Shown here one piece after another: positions 13,330 through 26,748 of a DNA stretch of 64,000 nt (positions within the stretch are counted from its first letter, which is position 1; each line of letters starts with the position of its first letter). This DNA is from Octopus bimaculoides (Eukaryota). Both the position numbers and the translations under genes were made by a program. Below the pieces are notes generated by a model. It ran no database searches, was not told the origin of the DNA, and saw nothing but the letters and a program-made list of their open reading frames with translations. Location: contig NC_068994.1 in NCBI RefSeq assembly GCF_001194135.2, forward strand, positions 42,935,904 to 42,999,903. Reading direction: 5' to 3'.

Positions 13330-13990
13330 TATTTACATTTCAACTGCTTCTGTAAGAAAGATGCAGGGTCTGTGGAACTTGAAATGAGACATTGTTGCAA
13401 GATGGCCCAAGTTTGTACTAGGAGAATATAAAAAATGGAGGTATGTCCAAGTTGTGAAAGTTTTACCATGGAAGCTTTGTCAGAAATGGGGATTTGAAGC
13501 CAGAGATACCTGGTATTAACATCGGGTTGAAAGAATGCTGGAGTCAGAGAAATGCAAAATTTTTGTGGGATTTTCCTATTCAGAGATAAGAAGAGAGAAA
13601 ATAATAGACCAGACATAACAACAATAGACAAGGAAAAGAGAAGTAGCTTACTAATTGGTTCATCATGTCCGTTTGGTTCCATGATTGTAGAGAAAGAGGA
13701 TGAGGGACAAAATATATATAACCTCTAAAAATTTGAAATTGCAAGAATTTAGAGCATGAAAACTGTAATAATTGGTGCATTGGGAACTGTAAGTAAAGCT
13801 GTAGACAAATAGTTGGAGGAGACTGGAACAGAATGTCCTGTAGAGCTTCTCCAGAAAGTTTCCCTCTTAAGGACAGGAAAGATTATGAGGAAGATTTTAA
13901 GCACTTGGAAGACTATTGAAAGCTTGTGGATACCTAAGGTTACAGGTAGTAACCTGCTACCCACATGAATTCTACCAGGAATAAGAATGA
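13330..13990 (+). mobile_element. R4/Dong-like (RLE-bearing) non-LTR retrotransposon 3' fragment
   Basis: Frameshifted translation CRVCG...KLCQKWGF...KCKI-LWDFPIQ...NNRPDITTIDKEK...IIGALGTVSK: CCHC knuckle remnant plus PD-(D/E)xK RLE domain. Confidence 0.8.
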
Positions 13991-14164
13991 ACCTGGGTAG
14001 AATCATCAATAATGATAATAATCCTTTCTACTGTAGGCACAAGGCCTGGAATTTGTGGAAAGGGATAAGTCAATTACATTGACTCCAGTACTCAACTGGC
14101 ACTTACTTTATCAAACCCCTAAAAATGAAAAGCAATAATAATAATTTAAGTTCATGGCCAGGGT

Positions 14165-14405
14165 GGAGGTGCATGGCTTAGTGGCTAGGGTGTCAGCATC
14201 ATGATCATAAGATTGTGGTTTCGATTCCTGGACCAGATGATGCATTGTGTTCTTGAGCAAAACACTTCATTTCACGTTACTCCAGTCCACTCAGCTGGCA
14301 AAAATGAGTAACACTGCGATAGACTGGCATCCCATCCAGCTGGGGAACACATACACCATTGAAACCAGGAAACTGGGCCCATGAGCCTGGCTAGGCTTTA
14401 AAAGG
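14165..14405 (+). mobile_element. tRNA-derived SINE, family B (head GGAGGTGCATGGCTTAGTGG...GTTTCGATTCC; TGTTCTTGAGCAA box)
   Basis: Pol III A/B-box-like head. Related copies at about 9140-9300, 18716-18950, 24399-24725 (-), 52995-53090 (-) and 61225-61450. Confidence 0.8.
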
Positions 14406-14833
14406 GTGTTTTTTTTTTGTTTTTTTTTCATGGCCAGGAATTTTCAAGGGAGGAGGTTAGTTCTGCAAGGCATTTCGTCTGATACTCTATTCATTCTGCC
14501 AGTTTATCACTCTAGGTGGGATCAGGTGGGATCGGGTGGGGGTAGCAGTTGCATCCGTAGTAGCAGCAGTAGTAGCAGTAGCAGCAAATGACTTGCCAAC
14601 ATTTTGCACACAGTGTCAGACTTCACATAATTCATTATGTTTTAACTAATTTTAAATTTAATCTCCAGAGTTGCAAGAATATTTCAAGCTGATCAGGGTT
14701 CTTAATTAATACCAAAAATACATCTGAGTTTTGATGAATCTGATTGAGGCGGGCATATAAAGCACCTAAGGAATATTTGACGTTTGACTATGACCTCTTT
14801 ATTGTTAACTTCTCCAGTCATGTTAATATTCAG

Positions 14834-14866
<33 letters not shown>

Positions 14867-16661
14867 NNNNNNNNNNNNNNNNNNNNNNNNNNNNNNNNNN
14901 NNNNNNNNNNNNNNNNNNNNNNNNNNNNNNNNNNNNNNNNNNNNNNNNNNNNNNNNNNNNNNNNNNNNNNNNNNNNNNNNNNNNNNNNNNNNNNNNNNNN
15001 NNNNNNNNNNTATATATTGCTACTGCTGCTGCTGCTGTGCTAAGCAATATATCACCCCCAGCATCACTTAATGGGACTCCTTCAGATCTAAATAGCTACC
15101 TGTGGTTTGATAAATGTTCCATATGCATCACAACAGCTAGATGTCTGTTACTGTTTCTTCAGACAGATTAAATATAATGTATGAATAAGCAACCCTATCT
15201 AATCTCTCTCTCTCTCTCTCTCTCTCTCCATCTCTTCTTCTTTCTCTGAATGTATAATATTAAATGCACAACACTGCGCAATTCTTTGTGTTAAGACATG
15301 GCATTTTATCATTATAGAGGATTTACTGGAATCTAAATGGAAAATTACCAAACTGTGCAAAATTTGATTTCTCTGTCTTTCTCCAGTAGAAATTTCTGTA
15401 GGTTATAGATTTACTTCTGTTTCATTGATCTGATAATAAAACACAAAATATGTTATGGCAGTCTCAATCATTAATGGCAATCTCTAGCATAATCTGCACA
15501 CACAGTTAAGTCAGTCTGTAGACTGTCATGGCAGAATTCAGTAAATCTCTTCAGATAGTAATGATAGTCTACAATAAATCTTCCCCTCTCTGCCATTCAC
15601 TCCTACTCATTCCTTCCCTCTCACTCCCTCCCACTCTATATCTCAAAAATGGACTTCCATTGTTAGTGATCAACATTGGAAATCTTACATTGTAAGTAAT
15701 TACTTAAAATACGTTATTATTGCCATTATTAAAGCATTTGACTTACCAGATTCCAAAGTTATCAGATTTGAAAGACATTAGAGAACAATGTTCTTTTCTT
15801 TTTATTCACTTGACTATAAATTAAAACTAAAATTTCATTAACTTTTTGAACTGTGGAATTTCTCCAAATGACATTAATCAACGAATTAATGTGTTAATAT
15901 TTGAATGAAATTTAACAACTCTAGAGAAACACAGTGCCACAGAATTAAGTGGAATGGAAATAATAATTTCAAATCTTGAATAGTTAAAAAGACATTACTT
16001 TACTATAATCAAGAAAATACCTAGAGGTGGCATTCAGGATATGAAAGCCTATGGCTGTCATTTGAATTATAAAAACAATTAATATTGAGTACTAATGTAT
16101 TTAATGTATTGAGCCCTGAAATTTTAATTAACAGTTAAGTCTTATTCATAGACACAAAACAAGAAGTTTAGCAGTAGAGGAGTTAGTCAATTCAGTTAAC
16201 CTTAGAGCTCGACTGGTAGTTTTACTTTATTGACCTTCCAGGAGGATGAAAGGCAAAGGTGGCCTCAGCAGAATTTGAACAAATGTAACAAAGTGCTTTG
16301 TTTGAAGAATTACTGATTCTGGTAATCCACTCTCCTTTAATTGAATGATAATACATTAAAATTTGAAAAAGTCAATCATTATCTTAATGATCAACAAATT
16401 CTGGTCAACAAATACAGGGCATTACTACTAGCTCACTGCCTTCACCTACTTAATAATGAGTAAATTATTTTATTAAATCCTTCCTTATTTTAAAAATTAG
16501 TTGAAACGAAGGCAGTATATTTCAACATAAATATGATAATGAAAGGACCTCTGCAAAAGATTAAAATTATCACCCAAGGACTAGAACAGTCCCATGAGCA
16601 AGTTTCACCAACATTTTTCAGAACTCAATCAGTTCCACAGATTGAGTTCAAATCCATAGAG

Positions 16662-17088
16662 AAGTGGTTCTCAATCATTTTTTACGTATGGGTCCCTTTG
16701 ATTCCTATTCTACTCTGGTGGACCCTCAATAGCCATTCAATGTTTAACACTTATTTATCCACGTTATTTTGAATTAATCAAGATTTTGAAGATGTGATTG
16801 TTTATGTCTAGAATGAGATTCTGGAGTAGGTGTGATAGGCCAGATCTGGCCAGTTTGAACATAAAAACAGATCAAATATTTGGGCCAGATATGGCCTGTT
16901 TGAATGCTAAAGGTTTAAAGAGTTCTATTATATTTTTACAAATAACGATCATAAGGAACTGTAGAAAAAAATCATTAAAATATTTTGTTTATTGTAGAAG
17001 TATAATCATTTTATTGCACATAAATTTCAACAGCAAAACCTGACATAGACCCCACAAGGGCCATACAGTCCCTGGTTGAGAACCACTG
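16662..17088. mobile_element. hAT (Charlie-like) MITE with a nested piggyBac-type fragment (~16780-16920)
   Basis: TIRs (C/A)AGTGGTTCTCAA...TTGAGAACCACTG. 8-bp TSD ccatagag (16654-16661) / tcatagag (17089-17096). Confidence 0.8.
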
Positions 17089-18135
17089 TCATAGAGTTAC
17101 AAAGTGAACCTAACCAAACAGCTATGCCAACTGTTGTTATTGAAATAAAGATAATATAAAAGTAATAAAGTGGTCATAGATTATAAGATCAGAGCAATGA
17201 TCAGTCAAATCACATATCAGCATAGAGGTCAGTGAGATCACAGAGCTGGCGTATGAACTCAAAGGCAGACAAACAGAATATGACTATAACATAGTGACTT
17301 CAGAAATGATAAATTAACACACAGCAGTTAGATCAGATATTCAATCACCATGATCAAATGTAAATGGTAATATTAGCATTAGTGTCAGTGGTCCGTTTGC
17401 TGTCAATACAGCATCAGCTTATGCAGAATTTCTTCTGGCTCTGTGTGTGTGTGATCTGAGTTCAAATCTTGCTCTGCTCGGTTTAGTTTTAGATTTGCCT
17501 TTCATCTACCTAGAGCTAATAAAGCACCAGCCAAGTTAATAAAGTTAATAAAGCTCCACTCAAGGACCAAGGCTGGTTACTTGCCCCCCTCCTCCACTGC
17601 AAGCACAACAATCACCACCACTTCCACCTTCTCTGCCTCCTCCACCTCCTCACCACCACTACCACCACAATCACCACTACCTCCTCCACCTCCACTCCTC
17701 TTCCTCCCCCTCTGCATCTTCATCATCATCATGAATCCCTCCTCCTCCTCCTTCTTCTTTTTCTCTAAATTGGTTACATTGCACCATAAAAGGGTAAAAC
17801 AATTGCACAGAACAGAACAGAAGTTCACAACACAACCTGACATGACTGCACCCACAGGGAATGCAAGATAGTATTTCAGGGATAAGCGGGGTAACAAAGA
17901 GGTAAAACACATACTTTATTGAAATCACTTTTCAGAATAAAAGTATTAACTAACTCTCAAAACTATGGCTCCCCTACTTAATACACCAAGAAATTTATTA
18001 CCCTACAAGTGTAGATTTAACTCTTGAAAGATTCAGACCAAGAACTTTGTCCTCATTCAATTTTGCAATAACAAAAACTGACAGAAATCTGGATTTTGTT
18101 TCCTTTTATCAATCAAGACAACATCCAGGAATTAC

Positions 18136-18153
18136 CTGAATCCAGAAGCAGAT
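18136..18153 (-). CDS. Candidate 18-nt micro-exon
   Basis: tttcattgctggttgtgatccacag|ATCTGCTTCTGGATTCAG|gtaatt: frame-preserving and open in all phases. Confidence 0.25.
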
Positions 18154-18308
18154 CTGTGGATCACAACCAGCAATGAAATACCATGTTTTGATAAAGTTTT
18201 GAATTAGATTCATGAGTGTGCGTGCACGTGTGTGTGTGTGTGTGTGTGTTTGTATATGCATGTGCGCATGTGCATTCGTGTGTGTGTGCATGTCTTTGTG
18301 TCTGTGTA

Positions 18309-18525
18309 CGAGGAGGTGGTGAAAAATTCCTGGCTCTGGGTAAAGGAAAATACTGGCGGATCAGTTTATTATGATTTTATTCAACATATTCCCTTTTTGC
18401 ATTCACACACTTATTGCAGTGTCCTTCAGTTTTTCTAAGCCCTGTAAAAATAACTCGGAAGGTTGGGCCCTCAACCAGGCCTTTTGCAATACCCTTAAAG
18501 CCAGGAACTTTTCAGCACTCCTTCA
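18309..18525 (-). mobile_element. Mariner-derived MITE
   Basis: TA TSD, with TIRs CGAGGAGGTGGTGAAAAATTCCTGGCT / AGCCAGGAACTTTTCAGCACTCCTTCA. A second copy lies at 63316-63523 in the opposite orientation. Confidence 0.85.
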
Positions 18526-20953
18526 TATGTCTCCCTGTTGCTTGACAACTGGTGCTGGTTAGTTTACATCCCCATAACTTTGGCGGTTCAGCAAAGGACA
18601 CTAATAGAATAAGTACCAAACTAAAAAAAGAAAAAAAGACAAAAAAAAACCAGACAAAAACAAGTACTGTGGTCGATGTGTTTGACTAAAATCTTTCAAG
18701 GTGGTTCTTCAGCTTAGAGGTGGCTTAGTGGTTAAGGTACTGAACTCATGATTGTGGTTTTGGTTCTTGGACCAAGTGATATGTCGTGTTGTTGAGTAGA
18801 ACACTTCATTTTATGTTGCTCCAGTCCACTCAGCTTGTAAAAATGAGTAATCCTATGACAGACTGGTTTTCCATCCAGGTGAGGAATATATATGCCATGA
18901 AACCAGAAAATTGACCCTTATGAGTCAGTATTATTTGAGAAGGTAACTTTATTTTACCCAGTTTTGCAAGGTAACTTTAACTTTACTTTACCCAGCTTGG
19001 CTACATTTCAATGACTGAAACAAGTAAAAATTATAAATGATGATATTGGTTACTATAAAGATACTCCTGGGGCAATATTCTATGTACTTAGCAGCATTGT
19101 TCTGTTACTTCAATGTGTAATATTATGTAGTTTTAAAATTTGATATATTTTAAGGTTGTGAAGTGAGAGCAATGAAAGCAAAATATTCTTATTCAGCTTA
19201 GGAAAGAACAAATTACGTTGTCATTTACTAGCTACATAATGTGAAATGGAATGAAAATTTTAAGTGCTGACCTGCTGAGAAAGATTCATGGTATCAGAAA
19301 TAGATGAAATAGTTTTAAAATGTACGGAGAAAGGATGACAAATTACAGTGAATTCATGTTTAATGATAGACAGAACAAAGATATTCAAAGGAAGATGTAG
19401 TAACATTAATGATGATTATCATTACAATGGAAATGGAAAAGTTACTCATGGCAAATAAGTGTGCTGTGTGTTAATCTCATGAAACTGGATACACAGATCT
19501 ATGGTAAAGTTATATATACATGAAGATACATGAACACATTTGTGCATGCAGCTAAGTTAAAACTAATGCATATATTTTTAAGAAGAAACGTCTGTTTTAT
19601 TCATTTGGAATTGACAATATGTTTTATGTAATTTTATGAATACGTCAATGAATAAGTTAGCGTTCATCAAAATAAATTTAATCTGACAAATGGAAAACAT
19701 TTTCATTGCTTTTGAATGTTTGGTAAATGCTTTACATTTTTTTTTTGTATTTTTTATTCATTTCCATCTTGTTCTGTTCTCAGTTTAACCTTCCTTGGTC
19801 CAGGTTTGCTTTCCATGCTACTAGTATCACTTAAGCAAACATTAGTAGGATATTGTTAAATTAAAAAAAAAAATTTGTGTTATATTGGCTTAGTCCAGAG
19901 GAATGGGCAATTCCATATCCTTTTAAAACCTCTGTTCATTCTAATAATATATCTTTTCATCCCTCTTACCAATGTTGGTTTTGTTAACAAGAAAGAATTG
20001 TTAGCACACCTGACAAAATTTTTAGCAGCATTTCACCTGTCTTTACTTTCTGAGTCCAAATTCCACCAAGATTGACTTTGTATTTTGTCCTTTCAAGGTT
20101 AACAAAATAGGTACTAGTCAAACACTGGAATCAATCTAATTGACTAAAAGCCTTTTATTAAATTTCAGTCCTAGTGTTTATAGCTTTACCAAGTAAAAAC
20201 TTTACCAAATAAAGCAATGAGCTTGCAGAATCATGAACACAGCAGACAAAATACCTCACTGCATTTCGTCTGTCTTTGCATTCCAAGTTCAACTTCTACT
20301 GAAGTCAACTTCGCCTTTCATTCTTTCAGGGTCGATAAAATAAATACCAGTTGATCATTCATGTCAATTTAATCACCTAGAACCTCCCCTAAATTTTCAG
20401 GCCTTGTGCTTATGTGCTTATAGTGGAAAAGATTATTATATTTACAAAATAGCAAAATAATTGTTGTCTGCTTTCATTCAGTTTAACACTGATTAGCTGT
20501 GTATTGACCACATGTTTTTAGTGTAAAACGGTCAGTTTTTTTTTTTTAGACATCAGTGACAGCAGAAGATTTCTAGTTGTGAATTATAACAGACATTTCT
20601 GTAAAACAACACAGTTAATGTGTGATGGATATTTTTCTCTTTCCTTTTGAAAGGCTTTTACAGAAAGGAAATTGTTTAGTTTGTTTTTCAATTTCTCTGC
20701 TTCTTCTGATGGAAAACTCACATTATTTTAACATTTTTAGCAGTTTATGTACACTGGCAATGTAAATGAAATTTTAATTGGAATCATACTCACATTCACT
20801 CACAATCACCTCCCATCCCTCTTTCACTCTCATACACTTCTCCTAACTATCTTTCTCTTTCTCACACAGACACACATGCATAAGGCTATATTTTCATATA
20901 TTGTATTTATATATATATTCTGTGTGTGTGTGCATATACATACACATGCACGC

Positions 20954-20985
<32 letters not shown>

Positions 20986-22792
20986 GAATACATGTATATA
21001 TATATATATATATACATATATGACATGTGGGTATACATTTGCATGCATGTGTGTGTGTATGTGTGTGCATGCGTGCACGTAAATCAGTAAAACCGCTTGG
21101 CACTACCAGATCAACGTTGGTGATGCTAAATGATTTTCCTTTCTCCTTTTGTTTTCGGTTTGTTGTTGTTGTTGTTGTTCTTGTCATTGCTGTTGTTGTT
21201 TTTATGTTGAATCATTTCATTGAAAGTATCATGTGTGTCAACTTCTTTTTGTTGTTGTTGTTGTCTTTGTTATTGCATGATATTCTGTGTTGCGCATGCT
21301 GAAATTTTTTCTTCTTTTTTTTTGATTTTTTAACAATTAGTTTTGTTTTCTTCTTACTCTTATGCTTTGTTGGAAATAGCATTCTCTGCTGTTTTCTTTA
21401 TGCCTGACTCATGCTAAAAGCAAGCACTAAAATATTCTGGGGTTTCCATCTTCTGCAAACTGAGAGAATATTATTCTATCACCAAAATGTAACACACAGC
21501 AGAGCACACTATATTTAAATTATTTTAAATTTAGAAAACACAAGGCATTATCAATTTAAGAATCATCATTAATATAATGTTGTCCTTGGTGCATCTTTGT
21601 GTGTGTGTGCATGTGTGTGTGCATGTATGCATGCATGTATACGTGGGGGGGGGGTGCATGCGTGTGTGTCTGCTATTTTACATGTGTAAAATAACACATG
21701 TGTGATTGTGTTTATTATTTTTCTTTAAAATGTGATTTATTAAAACAAAAAACACATAAAAGAATACAAAGGGAAAAATGAACAGGAATAAATTTTTGAA
21801 AAGATTATTTGAATTAATTAATAATCAATTAATTAATAAATAATTTTATACTACAATCAGTGGTTTTTGAATAATTATTATTATCAGATATCACACTGCA
21901 TCTCATTACAAGACGACGAGATGGACAGAATACACTGCATGTGAAATTTGTGAAGAATATTTGAATACATTGCTTGTAATCTTCCATACAGTGGCACTAT
22001 GCAATATAGATCGCTGATATTGAATAACAGTGATCAGCTTTCATTGAATAGACCTATGACACCAACATAATCAATTGAACAGACGATTCAATTAATATTT
22101 CTAGTCATAACCAGCTAATCTTTATTGTGAGGATATGTTATCTTAAGATTATGAACTTTAAAACTTGCACTCTCTCTCTCTTTCACTCACTTTGTCTTTC
22201 TCTCAACATTAACAAGGTTACTGAGTTTGCTAAGATTTAGCGGTCACATTGAGTAGGTTCAGTGAGTGTATAAAATTCCCTTTAATGGTTTGTGTAGCGA
22301 ATTTTCTGTATTTCAATGTAATATATTAGTCTGTGCTTTCTTACCTATGAAGTAAGAAATCTATTATTCGAAACAATGCCTGATTATATAGCATGTAAAA
22401 AAAATTGAAGAATCAGAGAAAAAGAACCAAATATCTAATTAGTTTGGTTGCACCACGTTCTCCAGAGCATAAAATTTATTGAAATATATATTATTTAGTG
22501 AGATTTTCTTTTAATGGTTTTAGCCAGATGACTGAATGTAAAAACTTATAATACCTTTTCTGGTTTATGGTTGTTGTCATTTTTGTTGTTGTCGTTGTCG
22601 CTGTTGCTAAGACCTAGGTCAACCCTGATCTTGCAGGCTTGTGATCAAAAGTGTTTCAGCAATAATCACCCAATCTTTTACTCATATGCAGGGACCAAAC
22701 CCATGATCACATTTACAATATGTCCTTTCCAAATATGGTAGAACAGGCTTTTCTTTTTCATATATGCATGCATATATATATATGTGTGTGTG

Positions 22793-22796
<4 letters not shown>

Positions 22797-22874
<78 letters not shown>

Positions 22875-22897
22875 GAGAGAGTGAGAGAGAGAGAGAG
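22797..22897. repeat. (GA)n microsatellite
   Basis: Directly visible. Confidence 0.95.
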
Positions 22898-23454
22898 GCA
22901 ATGAGACTGCAGAATTGATTGCATGCTGGGCAAAATGCTTAGTGGCATTTTCATCTGTCTGAGTTCAAATTCTGCCAAGGTTGAATTTGTTTTTCTTTCT
23001 TTCGTGGTCAATAAAATAGATTAACCAGTCAAGCACTGGGGTCAATGTAATCAACTTACCTTCTCCCCACGAAATTGCTGGCCTTGTACCAAAATTTGAA
23101 ATTTACAGCATATATAAATTTTTAAATATTGTGGAGGTTAGTTTGTTTATGTCTCCATAACTTGGTGGTTCAACAAAAGGTACTGATAGAATAAGTGACA
23201 GAATTTAAATAATAAGTACTGGGGTCAGATTGTTCCACTAAACCCTTCAGAGCAGTGCCCTAGCATGTTCACACACACAGTTCAATGCCTGAAACAATTA
23301 AAGGGGATAATAGATAACGTATGTACAAATCTCTAATTTGCAGGGGATGGGGTGGGGGTAAGAGGGAGGTGAAATAATCACATGCATCCTAAGATTCACC
23401 AGATACATTGTTTTATTCACTACCCCCCCCACAATTAAGATGAACAGTACAGTT

Positions 23455-23590
23455 GACTCTATCCAGATTACAAGTTTAGGCTTATACCTGTAATTATCGG
23501 GGGCTTGGGATATGTAACACTCTGCCTAAATACTAATCTTGAGAAATTAGGCTTCTCAAAACCAGAAAGAAGAAATCTAACTCGAAAACT
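23455..23590 (+). mobile_element. RLE-type LINE C-terminal fragment (second subfamily)
   Basis: YPDYKFRLIPVIIGGLGYVTLCLNTNLEKLGFSKPERRNL is homologous to the translation at 54900-55030. Confidence 0.7.
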
Positions 23591-23870
23591 ACCAATGCCA
23601 CATGCAAAAACTATCTTGCTAGTAAGTCTTCCTTTGATATTGCTGCACCTCTTATGTGTCCATAGCTTACACTGGGTACATCTTACAGAGTTTCTACCTA
23701 CGCCTTTTCTACAGATCGAGTAGGGCCATCTACTACAGATCGAGCAGAGCCGATGTGGCTTGTTGTTAGTAAAATGCATTATAGGTCTTTGGGTTGCCAG
23801 TCCTCAGTCAAATCGTCCAACCCATGCTAGCATGGAAAGCGGATGTTAAATGATGATGATGATGATGATA
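23590..23870. mobile_element. RTE LINE piece: Cys-rich ORF2 segment on minus joined to an RTE-type 3' tail on plus
   Basis: Minus: RWPYSICRKGVGRNSVRCTQCKLWTHKRCSNIKGRL. Plus 23790-23870: CCTCAGTCAAATCGTCCAACCCATGCTAGCATGGAAAGCGGATGTTAAA(TGA)n, the same tail as at 42385-42450 and 43764-43830 (-). Confidence 0.75.
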
Positions 23871-24398
23871 TATATATCGATTTAAATTTCTTTTCTATTT
23901 GAAAATTAGTTATGAAACACGTGTAATCTTTTTATTATATTTATCTTATGATATTTACTTTACTTTATATTATACTCATTTATTGTGCTTTTAATTATTA
24001 ACTTTTCTATATGTGATAGTGGATTTTCATCGATGAGTTCTTGAAAATTGGTTATTTTTCCCTAAAACTATATATTTTATATATACTTTATCTATNNNNN
24101 NNNNNNNNNNNNNNNNNNNNNNNNNNNNNNNNNNNNNNNNNNNNNNNNNNNNNNNNNNNNNNNNNNNNNNNNNNNNNNNNNNNNNNNNNNNNNNNNNNNN
24201 NNNNNTATATATATATATATGGATATATAGATTAGCATTAAATCCCTAGATCCATGAGGCTCCTGGGTATGCTCACATCTCAAGACTGTACAACTGACTA
24301 CCTGAGTTGCTAGTATATTCAGCCACCTCAGACTGTAGATCAAAAAGGCTGAAAAATCACTGATCCATCCAATGAAAAGCAGTTCTAAATGTAAGTTT

Positions 24399-24725
24399 TC
24401 GGTCATGAATGACCATGCAATTGCACCTGGACCGTTCCTCTGCAAGGCACAAGTCCAGGCAAGGTTGTTTTTATGGAAGACCAGCTGTCGCCCATATGTA
24501 CCAGCCTCCCCTCTCCACCCCATCTATATTATCCAAGGGAAAGGCAAAGGCCAAAACAGCTTGGCGCCAGGGATGTCATAACTCATTTCTACAACTGAGC
24601 AAACTGGAACAACATGAAATAAAGTGTCTTGCTCAAGAACACAACACACAGTCTGGTCCAGGAATTGAACTCACTACCTCATGATAGTGAACCTGACACT
24701 CTAACCACTGAGTCATGTGTCTTCA
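24399..24725 (-). mobile_element. Full-length SINE B with 19-bp target-site duplication
   Basis: TSD cagttctaaatgtaagttt at 24380-24398 and 24726-24744. Confidence 0.9.
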
Positions 24726-25482
24726 CAGTTCTAAATGTAAGTTTATTCAAACCACAGCATATATTGATTAGCGTTGGATCCTTTGACTCATGAGGCTCAT
24801 GGGAAGATGTGTCATATGCCCACGTCTTAAGACAGTACAGCTGACTACTTTTTTGCTGGTACATTCAGCAAGCTCAGGCTATAGATCACAAAAGGCTGAA
24901 AAATCACTGATCTATCAGATAAATATCAGTTCTAAATGTAAGTTTATTCAACTGGCTTATGCAACTTGTATACAAAAAGAGGACTGAACCATAGATGAAA
25001 GATAACAGTATTCATTGTAATCTGGCTTACATCCTTGTCATATTTATGGTGAAATAATAGCATCTTCTATTTGACTAAATTATAATAAATTTTCTTTTTT
25101 GAACAAATGAAATACAGTATTTCATAATACATAACATAGCTTCATATGAATTATCTCAATTCATAGATCTTCTCTGACTATTATTATCATATGTTAAAAA
25201 GAGAAAAAGAAATGCTAATATATTTGTTTATGTTTTATTGATTCAATATTTAAAAAAGAAAAAATACATTTTTCTTATGTTATTTTTTTTATTATTATTT
25301 TCCTCTTTAAATCTTTTAATATTTTTCATACTGGAAATAGAATTTCCTTTCACAGCTAGTCTAAACATTAAAGTATGATGTTCCCTCCACCCCTGGCATA
25401 CTTCCTTCAAGAGAAACCAAAAATTTTCTTCATACACATTTCGAAGGCAGCAAGTCATATATACATATATATACATATATAC

Positions 25483-25577
<95 letters not shown>

Positions 25578-25865
25578 CACACACACATATATACATAAAC
25601 AGACATACATGTATACATATATACATGCATACATACAAACACACATACACACACATATATATGTATATATATGTACATATTTCCTTCTATAATTTTTGTG
25701 TATGCGTTGATTCTCTTTTCACTGTCTTGTGAAATCATTTTGTTTTGAACCCAACTTGTTGGAAGCCATCACCTGCAAATACAAATAACTTTTACCACAC
25801 CATATTTGGATTCCCTTAAGCATTAATAAATATTAATGAACAAACAAATAAACCTATTTTGGTGA

Positions 25866-25902
<37 letters not shown>

Positions 25903-26188
25903 ATACACACACATATACATACAATACACACACATGTTTATATATACACACACTCATGCAAACGTATTTCATGTATATATACACAGTTTTATCGAATGTG
26001 TAATTGAATGGAAGAATATCTCATGTCACTATATGTTCATATCGATATGAATGTATGTATTATTAAATTAGTTGTTTGTCTGTGAGTATTTAGCATTTTT
26101 CTTTCTTATTTACGCACATATACATATGCATTCACACATGAATTATATATACGTGTGTGTATATATATGTGTGTATATNNNNNNNNNN

Positions 26189-26228
<40 letters not shown>

Positions 26229-26703
26229 ATATACTCATATAGCCATAATCTTCTACATAGTTAAAACACATGCACATACTCACACACATATATATCTTAT
26301 CATTTTGTGCATTTCAAAAACAATTATATGTATAGATACATTGAAACAATTTTTATGATTATATACAGAAATCACAAACAAATATGCATATATATGTTCA
26401 TATGTACATTGCCACATTGAATATACAATTCATTGAAAAAAATTGTACATACATACATACATACATACATACATGCATACTTATCTCTCTCACTCTCTCT
26501 CTATATATATATACATACATATATATATATATAAATATATTATATATATACACACACACACATACTTATACACTGTGTGTGCACAAAGTCATGGTAAGAA
26601 ATTCAGAACTATTTATTGATATAACTCAATACAACCTATATTCATGCATATGCACATCAATAAATAGTTTTGAAAAACCCATCAAAACTTTACAGACACA
26701 GTG

Positions 26704-26748
<45 letters not shown>

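Noticed and set aside
14165-14240. tRNA-like sequences (also near 24650-24725, 37560-37622 and 61225-61300)
   Set aside because: They are SINE heads continuing into SINE bodies, with no intact cloverleaf.
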